Shown here in pieces: positions 12,046-25,920 of a stretch of DNA of 64,000 nt; the first letter of the stretch is position 1, and every line of letters begins with the position of its first letter. Location of the stretch: positions 133,989,741 through 134,053,740 of the forward strand of contig CM041465.1 of the NCBI GenBank assembly GCA_023213395.1, read 5' to 3'. The position numbers and the translations under genes are program-made. This DNA comes from Cycas panzhihuaensis (lineage: Eukaryota > Plantae > Cycadophyta). The notes beneath the pieces were generated by a model. It made no database searches. It saw nothing but the letters and a program-made list of their open reading frames with translations, and was not told where the DNA came from.

Positions 12046-14819
12046 TCACCAATAATCCCCACAAGAACACCGTCCATCCTTGAAATGATGGAAACTGTTG
12101 GCATCTCTCATGACAATTTCTCATGCAAGCATCTTGGAGATGAACTTAGTGGTAGAGTGGCAGTCACCACACACTCAAAGGTTCTTGACAATTTGGATAG
12201 GTGTCCCAGGGGGCATGTGAATAAGCCCAAATGCAAAGGCCAACTTCTCACTGTGGTGGCAGAGAATATGCTCCTTCTATTCCTCCTCCACATCATGCAT
12301 AACTAAGTTCGTGTCGGGCACATACCCTGCCTCTTCCATCTGTCCAGACAATCTCTACAACTCTGCATAAATCTTATCTGTTTGTGGGCATGATCTGTCT
12401 TTTACAAGGAAAAAGTACACCCGCCTGTTAATCTCAATCCAACTGCATGCTGGACTCTTTTTTACCCTCCTATCTTTCATCATTTTCCACATTTTCTCTA
12501 CATCACCCCACCTTCCAGCTGATGCATAGATGTTTGCCAGCAGCACGTAGAGTGCAGCATTTTTATTTTCGAGCTCTAAAAGGCGTTGTGCTACATGCTC
12601 ACCTAGCTCTATGTTGGTGTGGATTCTACAGGCACCAAGCAAAGATCTCCAAACAGTAGCATTAGGTTTTATTGGCATTGTGCCGATAAAGTCTTGCGCC
12701 TCATCCAGAAGTCCAACACGACCTAAAAGGTCAACCATGCAGCAGTAGTGCTCCACGGCTGGTGTAATGTCATAATCTTGACTCATGCGATCAAAGTATT
12801 GTCGTCCATCATCCACTAGGCCTGCATGGCAACAAGCCGACAGAACACCAATAAAGGTAACATAGCTTGGCTTGGCGTCACAGCATTGCCTTTGTTCAAG
12901 AAGTTGGAGGGCCTCCTTGCCACAACCGTGTATGTCATATCCTACAATCATTGGAGTCCATGAGACCACATTTCGTTCAGGCATCCTGTCAAACACTTTA
13001 TAAGCTACTTCTATGCTCCCACATTTGGCATACATGTCTATAAGGGCACTCCCCACAGAGTTATCAAACTAAAATCCAGTTCTAACTATGTTCTCATGGA
13101 CTCTCTCCTTACCAAGTCTCAAAGTTGCCAAGCTGGCACATGCCGGCAGAACACTAGCAAAAGTGACCGGGTCTGGCATCACAGCCGTTAGTTGCATTTG
13201 TTAAAAAAAGCTTCAAGGCGCCACTAAAACTTCCATGCTGTGTGTATCTTGTGATCATCGCATTCCACGAAACCACATTTTGTTCAGGCATTTTCTGAAA
13301 GAGCTTCAAGGCCTCATCAACATGCCCATTCTGTGCATATCCGGCAATAATTGCATTCCATGAGACCACATTTCTTTCAGACATTTTGTCAAACACTCTC
13401 CACCCATTTTCGATATCTCCACATTTAGGACATGTCTACAAGGGCAGTTCCTTAAGAGATATCGGACTCATATGCACTTCTTATTATGTTTCCATGGACC
13501 TCCTTGCCATGTTTAAGAGCTGCCAAGTTGGGGCATGATGAGAGACCACTAATATAGGTGACCGAATCTGGCTTAACACCTATCAGTTGCATTTGTATAA
13601 AGAGTTTGAAAGCGTCGTTAAAATGCCCATTCTGTGCACATCCTGCTGCTATCGTATTCCATGAGATCACATCTGGTTCGGACGTTTTCTGAAATAGCTT
13701 TAGAGCGTCATCGACAATCCCATTCTGTGCACATCCTGCAATCATCACGTTCCATGAGACAGCATTTTATTCAGGCATTTGCTGAAAGAGTTTCAGCGCT
13801 TCACCAACCTGCTCTTTCCGTGCACATCCCGCAATTATCCCATTCATGAGACCACATTCCGTTCGGGCATTTTCCAAAATAGTTTCGAAGCCTCGCCGAT
13901 ATTCCCATTCCGCGAATAATCTGCGATCATTGAATTCCATGAGATCACATTTCGTTTAGGCATTTTCTGAAAGAACGTCCAGGCCTCATGAACATATCCA
14001 TTCTGTGCATATCCCGTAATCATTGCGTTCCACGACACAACATCTCGCTCAGACAATTTGTCAAACACCTTGCACGCATCCTCAATTCTTCCGCAATTGC
14101 CATACATATCCACAAGTGCATTCACCGCGAAGATATTAGATTCAGAAGCATAGTTAATTACATCTTCGTGGACCTTCCTGCCATGTTGCAGTGCTCCCAA
14201 ATTGGCGCATACCGGTAGAACACTGGTAAAGGTGAACTGATTCGGTTGGATACCTGTTCGTTGCATTTGATAAAACAGATTCAAGGATTCCTTATCATAT
14301 CCATGCTTCGCGTAAGCTGCAATCATCACAGCCCACGCAACCACATTTCGTTGGGGTACTTCGTCCAAAACTCGGCGGGCATCCACTGGACTCCCGCACT
14401 TGCCATACATGATCACAACTTTAGTTTCTAAACCGATTTCAGATATAAATCCCGTATCAACCATATGGACATGGATTAGTGTGCCCTCCCGCAGGGCTTT
14501 TCTGTTTACACACTCCTCCAACAGAGAAGCATACATAGAGGAGTCCACACGAATGCTTTACCCCTCCATAGCATGCAAAATATCCAGCGCCTCGGCCAAT
14601 CGGCCCTGCTTACACAGCCTTATCACATCCCCACTGATCTCTGTGCCACAAGAGCTGTTGCGTTTTCCATCGCTATTGCCACGCTCTGCTTTTTCTTTAA
14701 AACCACTGCTCTTGGTCTTAGTCGGGAAGGCGCTCCTTGTTACCCGGAAGCTGAAGCAGGAACCCAACAAGCAAAACCATGTTCTTCTTCCGATTCCATA
14801 TTGGCTGTGCCATTGCCAT
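12046..14819 (-). pseudogene. Intronless PLS-class PPR protein with E and DYW deaminase domains (organellar C-to-U RNA editing factor), pseudogene
   Basis: P-L-S and SS repeats (e.g. [23 protein letters not shown]), E domain (HYCCMVDLLGRVG...YVLLANIYA), PG box (KSPACSWIEI) and DYW domain ([13 protein letters not shown]...KNL*VCGDCH...FHHFKDGRCSCGDYW*, stop at 12046-12048). In-frame stops at 14558, 13767, 13452, 13069, 12355, 12277, 12175 and 12121; frameshifts near 13845, 13428, 13203-13209 and probably ~14770. The start ATG at 14819 is inferred. Confidence 0.95.
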
Positions 14820-16658
14820 TGTAGTTCCTGCTCCTCTGTTCTGCCTTCATGCTAGCGAGGAACCAGACCAACATAATCTAAGTACCCGGAAGCTGTTGGC
14901 CAACCTAATGCAAATTAGCACCTTCCTCGGTGGGAATTATGCTTCTACATTGAGTTTTCGTATGAGAATCCATATTAGGAGAATAACAGATATACTCTTA
15001 AAGAAAATACGTTGGTGTCTCATGAAAGGGTAAAAGAGAGAAATATGTTAACTACTAGAGATACAAAACTGGAATATAGAAGAAATAGAGCAAAAAGCTG
15101 AGAGGAAAATGCTTGCTTGGGGTAGTCTTTGAATAAATTGTTCCTAAGACCGTATTTTCTTCTACTACACTCATTTCAATAATCATTCATCTATACTACA
15201 ATCATTCCATTCTATCATATCCACTATTGTCTATTATGTTTGTGCTAATTGTCATATATGTTGGTTGAGTTGTTCCTCATGATGATGTCATTTGTCATAA
15301 GTGTTTTTTGATTGACCAATGTGATTTCTGGTATTCCAAATCTGACTCACAAACTAAAATGAAGGTGCTACTACCTGGAGAGTGAGTTCCTTCTTCCTAA
15401 GGGTTGGGGAAGATTGTGGAAAGCTAAAGTGAGTCTTACATAAGGGACTTGACCTTGACACATATAAGCATATGGAGAAAGAAATGGAAGGGACTTCAAT
15501 AGATGATATGCAAAAAAATGTTACTCTTATATTCAACTCCATGGAATCATAATGTACAATAAGAATCTTTCTCTCTTTTTAAGGATTTTGGGTGCATCAT
15601 TAAAGGAGTAGCATTTATAATAAAATTAAAAAACACCAACCTAAATATAAAACCAAAGGTTAGGTACATTTGTAATTGATAAGTATTCACTTAACTATGC
15701 AGTAACTTAACTAACCTTAGGCTTAAGTGACTTCGATACTTTAAGCAAACTCAATGTCAAATAAAAATAAGTGCATAGAGTACACATGTTACATCATATG
15801 CTACATAAATAAGCACTAAATATGCTTATCAATTTTACTCTACTTAGGGGGAAATTGTCTCTAATTTCTTTCACTACTATAAATGTGGAGGGTCTTATTT
15901 CAATATTGCTTACGAAATCCACTTCACTTATATATATAGGTTGTCATTCTTGCCCACTAAGTATGCGGTGGTCTATTAGTGCCACATGGTATACATCTTA
16001 GTGTCAAGAAGTGTGTTAGCTAGAATTAAAGGCTAGAAATCCAATATCATGTCTTCGAAGTGTGTAACCTCAAACTCTTCCTCTAATAAAGGTGGCTCAT
16101 ACTAGTTGAGATTATGGATGTTTAATACATCATTTATTACAAGGCGAGATAAAAAGTACAAATAAAATGTATTAGCACTTATAGCCTCCGTTGTCAGATA
16201 TGGCACAAACTAGATGGGTTTGAGCTTGTAGTGAGTTTGATGCTTGAATTGCTACTTGTCCAAGTAAAGTTAAACTTCGTCTCTTAGGTGACCGAATTGG
16301 CCAGATTTGTATATAAAGGACAATTATTGGGCAAAAGACCCTAAATATTTGAAGATATTAATAATAATGAATTATGATCAAATGTTACAAGTGAGTACAC
16401 ATATATAGTATTTTATATAAAAGGGCATGATTTATCACCAATAGATGCCACCATTTATTATTGATCTTTAATGCCTAATTATACATTAATTAGATTCACT
16501 ATAAGCTCTTGCTTCTTAAAAGATTTCATCTTTGAAGACTACTTGAATGGAATAACCAATGTGCTTGCAACATAATATCGTATAGATCTACTAAATTTGA
16601 AAATTAGTAGAACACCTTCAATACCATGTTAAAAATTAGCAAAATAGACATGATACCA

Positions 16659-17023
16659 TGTTGAAAATGGCATTATTAGACATATGAATACATAATAAGA
16701 CATATATGCATGAGGTGATAAAAGATATAAACAATAAATGAACAAATTAAAGAATGAAATATATATAAACATATAAGATAATAAAACTTGTGGGAAATGA
16801 TTATCTCTAATTATTGCATTAGGTATAAATATACGCTTATAGTACATAGTCACTTCATGGTTATCCAATCATATGAGAGAACCATTATAACTACCACTAA
16901 GATGATATATAGACATGTGTACACATGCACACATCTTAATGATACTAATTTAATATTACATGAGAGAGTTAACAAATCCTCCTAATATTACTTAACATGG
17001 CACATTAAACAGTACTTCTAACA
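16659..17023 (-). repeat. LTR (left/3' copy, 365 bp)
   Basis: Aligns end to end with 19401-19753; TG...CA termini. Confidence 0.85.
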
Positions 17024-19400
17024 CCCCCTTATAATGTTTAATTATATAACTCAAATGTCACATCAACACACTAGAGATAACACCCTATCATTAAGGTAGG
17101 AACTATTTATTTTTTCCAAATAAGACAGGCACCATGTACCTTCTTCCAATATGCTAGATAGTATAGAGCATATCTCCACCTTATACAAGTTGTATCTAGA
17201 AGCTATACATCAACCAATTATTGTTAGCGTCCATATAAAACAAACTCCATCTACTAGACTGCATGGGTAACTTACTGTTGCAACTGTTAGTTTTCTAGGA
17301 ACTTCTTTCAAATATGCAGTTCTATCAACACCAAGTCAACTATTCTAGGAACAGGTTGAACTATATGGCTAGCAAAATGAGTTAAATGTAAGAGTAACAA
17401 GTAAATCCCAACTCTTGTCAAATACGATTTAACAACAACTTCTCTTCTTGAAGCCTCAAACAACCTCCCTTTCCAATAGTAACACACTCTAAGCTTGCTC
17501 TAAATATATAACCACCTAACCTAGGGTTTACATGGACTAGCAATCACCACATAAATGATGTGAGCTAACCAATTCGTTAAATAACTCTCTCTTATATAAC
17601 ATTTTAAATAATATGGGTTTTCAATGGCCTTGAAAATTAGAGTATATAAACCAAGTCTGTTATTTTATCCAAAAGAACCCCCATTTTTTAATGCCTAATA
17701 TAAGCACCAATTTTTTGAATTAAAATCTGCGTCATAGAAAATTCAAAGGGGTCATATAACTACCCATTTTGACCATGTCAAAGCAATGAATCCAATGCAC
17801 CTAACGACACTTATATCTGACATTATAATGAAAATTTGTCGAAGAAACATTGTCAATAGGTTCTTAGAAAATAAAATTTCAACAAAAATCAAAAATAAAC
17901 CCCTTTCATAAATAATTCCAAGTCATATCTAACAACCAATATGACCTCAACTAGGGGCTAATGAACTTGGGAATAGATTTTAAAATAATTTAAATTTAAA
18001 TCATAATGTTCTAAAACATTATATTAGGAAAATTTCTACCTATTTCTAATTTGCTAACCTGCACAGCTGTGTGAGAGGATTTTTCTATAAAATTGATAAA
18101 AAATAGGATCAAATCTCCTTGATTGGCTCATCTTAACATGGAGACAATGGAAATAGGGTAAATTCATAATATTGTCCACTAACTCACAAGCAACAGTAAT
18201 AATATTATCATGCAAATTTTCTTGGGTGATAATATCATAGGCTTCAGTTGTATTCTTTGCCTTTTTGAGTGATTTCTCTTTGTATCATCGATGAGGGCTT
18301 TTGGTCTATCGTGCACTTCTCATGGCATCTCCATATTTACTTCCTTACCTCATGATTTTTTTATTGTGCTCAATATGTATAATGCCCATAAGCAAAACAC
18401 CCACATGTTGACCTTATGTGGACTACTCAAATCATCCAATGTATAGGAAAAACACTAGTAAGATCAAGGGAATGGGTGTTCAAAGCATACTTGAGAGATG
18501 ATTCTCTAGATCTATAAAGTGTCGTTGATGTCCATTATGCTATTTATGACCTTGTAGGGCTTTATTTGTTCAGTTCAATACATGTCCCTCTAGAACTTAA
18601 TGATCAAGTAATGGGTATTCATTAAGAATGATAACAAATGTCCTTCTTCTTCTCTGACTTATTATTACTATCGACTAGGCTTGTTAGAGCTTCCACTTTA
18701 GCATAACTAGTTGGGAAGATAATGAGGGTTCAATTCTCAAGTGAAGAGAAGAGATAGAGACATATTTTTTATAGGGGTAGTGTCCTATGATTTTGAATCC
18801 TAAAATTGCTCATTGATTAATCAAGAAACACTTCTACCCAACAATGCATAAGCATTCATGACTTATTAAAAGCACCGATTTCAATGAGCTACATAACTAG
18901 TAGAATTCTTGCAAATATTTTTCACAAATGGCCAACTTATTCTTTTCATCAAACCCTCAATTTTTGTAAAAGAAAATATTTACCATAATATTTCATATAG
19001 TATCATTGTTGAACTTCGGATAGTCAAGGTTCAATATTTAATTATCATATACATTACTAATATAGTGTGACCATTGGCTTACATTTAAAGTAGTATATAT
19101 AATTAAATTGACTCAATAATAACATTAATAATCATGATAGAAAATGAATTTTATGGACTCACCATAATAACTTTACATGTTTAATATAGTCGCACTATAT
19201 ATATGATTAAATGTCTATATATAAATCAAACTCACTAAATATAATCAACAAGTTTTAATTCTAGCTCATATTGGCTCTATCACTAATGTCCATATATCAT
19301 GGTTGAATCTTCTTATTAAATACATTCTAACCTTAGCTCTTTAATCTTCCCATTCTAATATATTTTGTAGGATCGATCATGTTATCCTGCTATGATACCA

Positions 19401-19753
19401 TGTTGAAAATGGCACTATTGGACATATAAAAACATAATAAAATATATATGCATGAGGTGATAAAAGATGTAAATAATAAATGAATAAATTAAAGAATGAA
19501 GTATAAACAAATATATAAGATAATAAAGCTTAAAAATATATATATATCTAATTATTACATTAGGTATAAATATATACTTATAGTACATAATCACCTCATG
19601 GTTGTCCAATCACATGATAGAGTCATTATAACCACTACTAAAATGGTACATGTATGCGTGTACACACCTATACATCTTAATGACACTAATTTAATATTAT
19701 AAGGGAGTCTCCTAACATTACTCAACACACCACATTAAATATTACTTTTAACA
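19401..19753 (-). repeat. LTR (right/5' copy, 353 bp)
   Basis: Aligns with 16659-17023 and is preceded by the PBS. Confidence 0.85.
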
Positions 19754-20564
19754 AATTCACATGTCAACTTGTATTGCAAAGGAATATTTAACATAAGATT
19801 CTCAAGATATTTTTTTCTAGTATTTGATTAATCATTTATTAAACCATAGCATTATTAATCATTGCCTTTAGGTTTGATGTGATCTCTATATTTGTGAGAG
19901 AGTCATGGTAAATTCATTTACTTTTCAGATTGTTATCAAGATTTCCCAAGGTATCTTCTACCTAAAATTAAAATTAGATAACTAGAAGGAGTTAATATAA
20001 AGTGATATTTAAATTATTAAGAAGGGATTTAGTTAATAATAATTACGAATACTAGTTTTAATTTCGTAAGAATTTTGTTGATTTCCATTCATATTTTGAA
20101 CATGAAATATAGAAATATCCAATGAAATTCTTTCAACTTTAAGAGAGATAAAAGTGATGGTGATAATAATTTTGGGAAGAAAAAATCTTAGAAATATAAT
20201 GGTTGGGTAGTCTTGGGAGAATAATAATGCTATAATATATTTTTCATATAACTTCTCATCTATGTTATTATTTTTGTTTAACTTTTTTAGTCCTATATCA
20301 TATACTTGATGTTAAGTAACCATTCTTCACTAAGTGAAAATAGTTAAGCTAACATATATGATGAAAAGACCTTAATGGTTAGTGTTAGCCATTAACCTTT
20401 GTCTATGTATCACTTATGCCTGCTAATAGAAATTGAGATCATTTTTTGGCCAATGATATCTTGTGCAAATGGCCCTCTCTTGCGCATTTAAGATTGACTT
20501 ATTGTAAAAGAAAGGTTATTGAGTTTTATTATTTTTTATAGAGGTTCTATTTTGGTATCCCTTT

Positions 20565-21180
20565 TGATGAGGTGGTGGTCTCTTCAGCAACATAAGCATG
20601 CAAGTAGAATAATATATCTCAAAGAAAATAGAACCAATCTCCCCACAAAAATATTTCTTTTATAAATTTTCTAGTTTTCCATTCAAAAAATTAAAAATTG
20701 AGTGTTTTTACAATGCATAAGTATATAAATATGTGGCCTCTAACCATACAAAAATCCTGGATATTATCCTCTAAATTTAGGAAATAAAGTTAAAGAAAAA
20801 AAATTTAAAATTTTTTATTTTTAGTAAGTTTTTTAAAGTGCTTCAAATTATATAAAATTTGACCCATAGGTAGTTAAACATATCATGGGTCCCATAATAA
20901 CTCTAATAAAATAAAACTAATCTCCTAACTAAGAAAAGTGATACCCAAAAATTTTTACAAAATTATAATTTAAAAAAAAAAACTAAAATTTCAAGTAAGT
21001 AGACAACGTGTTTTGGGCCTAAAATCAATTCATGATATTTGTAAATTAGTAAAACTTTTTTAGAGCTTGTGTAACTTTTCAAAATGGTCATTTTAATATG
21101 TGATAATCTATATTTTCAATCATATGGCACCAACATATGCCATTTCTAATAAACAACATTTTTTAGATGTTCTTACATCA
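20565..21180 (-). repeat. CRM 3' LTR (616 bp)
   Basis: Colinear with 25921-26546 and adjacent to the PPT. Confidence 0.92.
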
Positions 21181-21199
21181 TCCTCCCTTACTTGAAAAG

Positions 21200-24100
21200 A
21201 ACTCAACTCTTGCAAGTTGTTATATTAGAACTCTTGCTACTTTCCAAGTATTATCTTCCTGTTATAACACCTTCCATTGAACCAAATACTTGTCATATCT
21301 ACTTTGTCTCGTGTAAACTATTTTTCTATCCAGTACCTCCTCAATTTCTTCCTTCTTCTTCCTAGATGTTTGTTGTTTCTAATTCACCCCCTCTACTTCA
21401 TCTTCTACCATATCTTCTCCTTTATGAAAAGAATATAAGTAAAAAACATTAAAAATAGGAGAAATGTTAAGTTCATGGGGTAGATTTACCTCATAAGCAT
21501 TATAATTAATTTTTCTCATAAGCCTACATGGACATATCTTCTTATATTTTAATTTATTGTATGTGCCTTGAGAAAATATATCCTTTCTCAAGTATACTAT
21601 CACCAAATCCCCCTCTACAAATACCTTGTTCCTCCTACTAAGATCTATTATTATCTTATATTTATCATTATTATCATATAGTTTTTTTTTTTACCTCATC
21701 ATACGCTTATTGTATATGTTTAATAAAGGCTTTTGCATCATCATTGATCTTATCTTTAATAGGCAACTGGGCTAAATCTAACACTCCCTTTAGATTCTTA
21801 TCATATATAATCTAGAATGATGATTTACCAGTAGATTTATTAAGAAAACTATTGTAGGCAAATTTGGCCTATCCTAGTACTAAATCCTACTACTTGGGCT
21901 TTTCTTTAATAACTCACCTTAACAAGTTTTTCAAATTCCTATTTACTACTTTTGTTTGCCCATTAGTTTGTGGGTGGTATACATTATTAAATTGTAGCTT
22001 TATTCTTAACTTTTCCATAAAGCTTTCTAAAAGTGATGCAAAATTATAATATCCCTATTTGAAGTGATGATCTTTGGCACTCCAAGCAACCTAGCTACCT
22101 TCTTGAAAAGTAGATATGTTATTCTAGTGATATCGATAGTTTATTTACAAGCAAGAAAATGAGTCATTTTTAAAAACCTATTAATAACAACAAAAATAAA
22201 ATCATTACCTTGTTGGGTGTTAGGAAACCTCAACACAAAATTTATACTTGAATCTGACCATGGCCTCTTTGGAACTGGCAATGACATGTATAATTTAATA
22301 CTTTATACTTGCCCTTTAACTACCTAATAGATCCTATACCTTACCATATATTTGGAAACATCGCATTTCATCTTTGGCCAAGAATAGTTTTTCCCCACCA
22401 TGGCTATAGTTTTGTTTTAGCCAAAGTGTCCTTCAAATACTCCACCATGCATTTCTTTTATAATATTGTCCCTTATGGACCCAACCGAAATGTATAGTTA
22501 CTTTCCTTTAAACAAATACCCATCCTACATAAAATAAGCATCATACTAAGTCCACTCCTATTAGCTAAAGGGTTCTTATAGTATTCCATAACTCTTCTAA
22601 AATTTGGTTTAGTACCATATAAATATTTTAAAGAACCAAACTTAACCACTTCACTTACCATAGGGGTTACTAGTACTACCCTTCTACTCAAGGTATTACA
22701 ACTTGATTTTGTTTTCTTAATTTATGCTTTAAGATAAAATTAAATCTTTATAAATATAATATCCATTTCATATACTTAGCATTCAACCTCTTTTGTATGT
22801 TTACATACCTTAATGCCTAGTGGTTTATAAATAAAATAAACTCCTTAGGCATAAGATAATGTTGTTAATGCCTTAGATCTTACATGATTACATAAATTTC
22901 TATATCATAGGTAGAATATTTCTTTCTTATCTCAATCAACTTTTCACTCTAAAAAGCTATTAGTCTTCCTTCTTGACTTAATACGACCCTAATAGCTATA
23001 TGAAAACCATCATAGCCAACCTCAAACACCTTTTTAAATCTAGTAGTGCTAACACAAGTGCCTCGAACACCTTTTGCTTCATTAGCCTAAAGCTCTATTA
23101 TACTACCTTATTCTAAACAAACTCCTTTCCCTTAGTACAATTTGTCAAGAGAGCCATGATACCACTAAATTTTCTAATAAAATTCCTATAAAATATAATT
23201 AGACCATGGAAGCTCCTCACCTAAGTCATATTCTTAGGGGTAGGCCATTTAATAATGGCTCTAATTTTCTCATCATTTATTCTTAACCCATCCTGAGATA
23301 TTACAAATCCTAAAAATATTAGCCTACTCTGCATGAACTTATATTTTTCAAGTTCAAATACAATTTTTCTACTATCAATACATCTAACACCATCCTCAAG
23401 TGCAATAGGTGCTTCTTCTTAGTTCTATTGTATATCAAAATAACATCAAAATAGGCAACTATAAACTTACTAATATATGGTCATAAGACAGTGTTCATTA
23501 ATCTTATGAATATATTTAAGGAATTTGATATCCCTAATGGTATGACTAACCATTCATATAACCCATCTCTTATTTTGAAGGTTGTCTTCCTCTCATCTCT
23601 TTTCCTAATATGAATCTGATAATAACCACTTCTCAAGTCAATTTTAGTGAAGTAAGATGCACCTACCAAAACATCTAATATGTCATCCATTTGACAAATA
23701 GAGAACATGTACCTAATTATGATTTTATTGATTACCATACAATTAATACACATCATCTAAGAGCCATCCTTATTTAGAATTAAGAGTGCAAGAGTTATAT
23801 ATGGACTCATATTTTTTCTCACCATCCCTTTCTTTATTAATTCACCAACTTATTAGTTTAATTTTTCATTCTCTTAGTGGCTTAATCTGTATGTAATTTG
23901 ATTTGGTAGAGTGGATCCTAAAATCAAATCAATTTGATGTTGGATATCCCTCTTTGGTGGTAAGCCTTCTAATAATTCATTTCACATGATGTCACTATAC
24001 TTTTGTAATAGTTCAACAACTTTATATGGTATTGATATTAACTACTCAATGTTTTTAACCTGATTTATCATCAAAGCAAACCAAGTCCCTATCTCCCTTA

Positions 24101-25760
24101 CTTCCCTTAGGAATTCCTTCCTAGGCAATGAAGTCTTTGCCTAGCCTTCTTCCTCCATAGGTACTAATACAACCTTTACTCCATCCTTCCAAAAAATGTA
24201 TATATTTTTTCTCCTATTATGATAGGAATTCCTATCATGCTATTATGCCCTCCCCAATAGTACATGGCATACATCCATTGGGAGGACATGATAACATACC
24301 TCATCGCAGTATATTTGCCCAATTGTAAATTTTAGTAGACATCTTTGATCTACTACTACCTTACTCTTTTTCTTTACCCAAGAAATTGTATAGGGGTTAG
24401 GATGCCTTTCACACTATAACCCTAGTTTTTTTATCATTTTAGTAGACACCATATTTTCATAACTTTCACTATCAATAATAACCTTACATATCATACCTCC
24501 CAAAGTGTATCTTATTTAGAAGATATTATTGTGTAACTATGATTTATCATTATCCTTTACTTTTCCCTTTTCTTATATTTGACTTTATTTTAGGGTGATC
24601 AAAGTTTTCCTTAGCATTAAGTTCTAAACCCTAACACTTATTATAACTTCAACAAATTGTTCATGTTCCTCAACTTAAGCTAAGTTCACTCTTGGTTGTT
24701 CCCTTTAGTTTCTAGATTGGTCAAAATAATAAGGATATTCATAGGCCTAATGGCCTTCTTCATTCCATCTATAGTAGAGAGTATGCCTTCTAAGTATATT
24801 ACCCAAAGGTTTTTCCCCTCTGGGCTCCTTAGCAACCTTAGCCTCTTGGCTAGTTCTAGAAACCTCTCTGATCTTATTTGCCTTGAGTCACGCTCTATCT
24901 CTCCATTTGATTAGAGGATTTGCCATGAGAGTATTTGAATCCACCCTAATATTTGAATGGGATTAATGGTCCCTCCTTCACCATAGATGATTTTCGAGCA
25001 AGGCTTCTACCCTGTTTCTCCTAAACTATTAAAGTAAATTAGTAAGCATCTTTAATATCATTAATTCTAAGCATACTAAGTTCATCTTGTATAGAAAAGT
25101 TTAAGCTATTTATATACTTAACAGTCATATACTCTTTAATTTCTTCTTGATCTACCCTAATTGATAATTTATAGGATTTATTAGTATAATCTTGGGCACT
25201 CATCTCTCTTTAACTTAAATTTTAAAATTTTTTAAACAAAGTTTATGAGTAGTCCACCGAAAGGAATTTCTCTTTAAGCTTTTTCACCATCTTATTCTAA
25301 GTTTAAATTTTGTCTTTTATATTTCTCACCATTTTTTTTTATAGGTGATCCTCTATATCATTGCATGGCTTTTCAATTTAGTATATACAAGTTTTACCTT
25401 CTTCTCTTATGTCATGTCTTTCTATTCAAAAAACTTCTCTATATTGTTTAGCTAGTTAATCAGGCTTTTAGGCTTTAAACTACCTCTATACTCAATGACA
25501 TTGAGTTTTATTCCACCATTATTTTCTTCCAAGGCTTTTAACATCCTCTCCTCATATGATGGGGGTTTTTGTGATCCTTCTTCTTCCTACTCTACTCCAA
25601 CTTTTATTTCTATTTCTACATCACGATCATACCTCCTTTTATCTTGTCCATTCCTTAGAAGGATCTCTTGCTACTTAAATACCACCTCTGTAAGCTCTTC
25701 AACTATTCTTTGAAGCTCTTACATACTCTTGTTTAGTTGTATATTCCCTCCTCTAATCAT
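21200..25760 (-). pseudogene. CRM gag-pol remnant (gag, PR, RT, RH, INT, chromodomain)
   Basis: Protease KVIIDSESYENMVS (~24450-24490); [31 protein letters not shown]...GLYEWLVIP (23481-23756); integrase tail YNKLKYKKICPC...NAYEVNLP...ISPIFNV (21379-21606); chromodomain EIEEVLDRKIVYTRQSRYDKYLVQWK...EDNTW (~21240-21350). Confidence 0.9.
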
Positions 25761-25920
25761 ATTGACTTACAAGTTATTTACTCTTTTTCTGTAAACACTT
25801 TCAACCTACTTCTAATAATTCTCATATAGATTTTTTAAAATAAATATAAAACTTACTAATAAATTGTTGTAAATATTTTCTTTCTCTTTTCTTAGAGTTA
25901 AACCATTCTCTAATACCAAA

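Larger units (their letters stand above)
16659..19753 (-). mobile_element. Non-autonomous LTR retroelement (TRIM/LARD-like) with copia-type PBS and PPT
   Basis: Two diverged direct repeats TGTTGAAAATGG...TAACA. PBS-like GCTATGATACCA at 19389-19400 and PPT CCCCCTT at 17024-17030. The ~2.4 kb interior has no recognisable domain. No TSD. Confidence 0.75.

Noticed and set aside
12046-14560. Idea that the PPR stop codons are repaired by U-to-C editing
   Set aside because: Frameshifts and a non-C-to-T stop (GAG>TAG at 12355) are also present. The gene is nuclear, and ordinary deamination explains the pattern.
14400-14855. 151-aa plus-strand ORF and other short ORFs over the PPR gene
   Set aside because: They are antisense shadows of the PPR coding sequence.
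15843-15860. PPT-like TTAGGGGGAAATTGT suggesting a further plus-strand LTR element
   Set aside because: No partner LTR, PBS or coding remnant could be tied to it.
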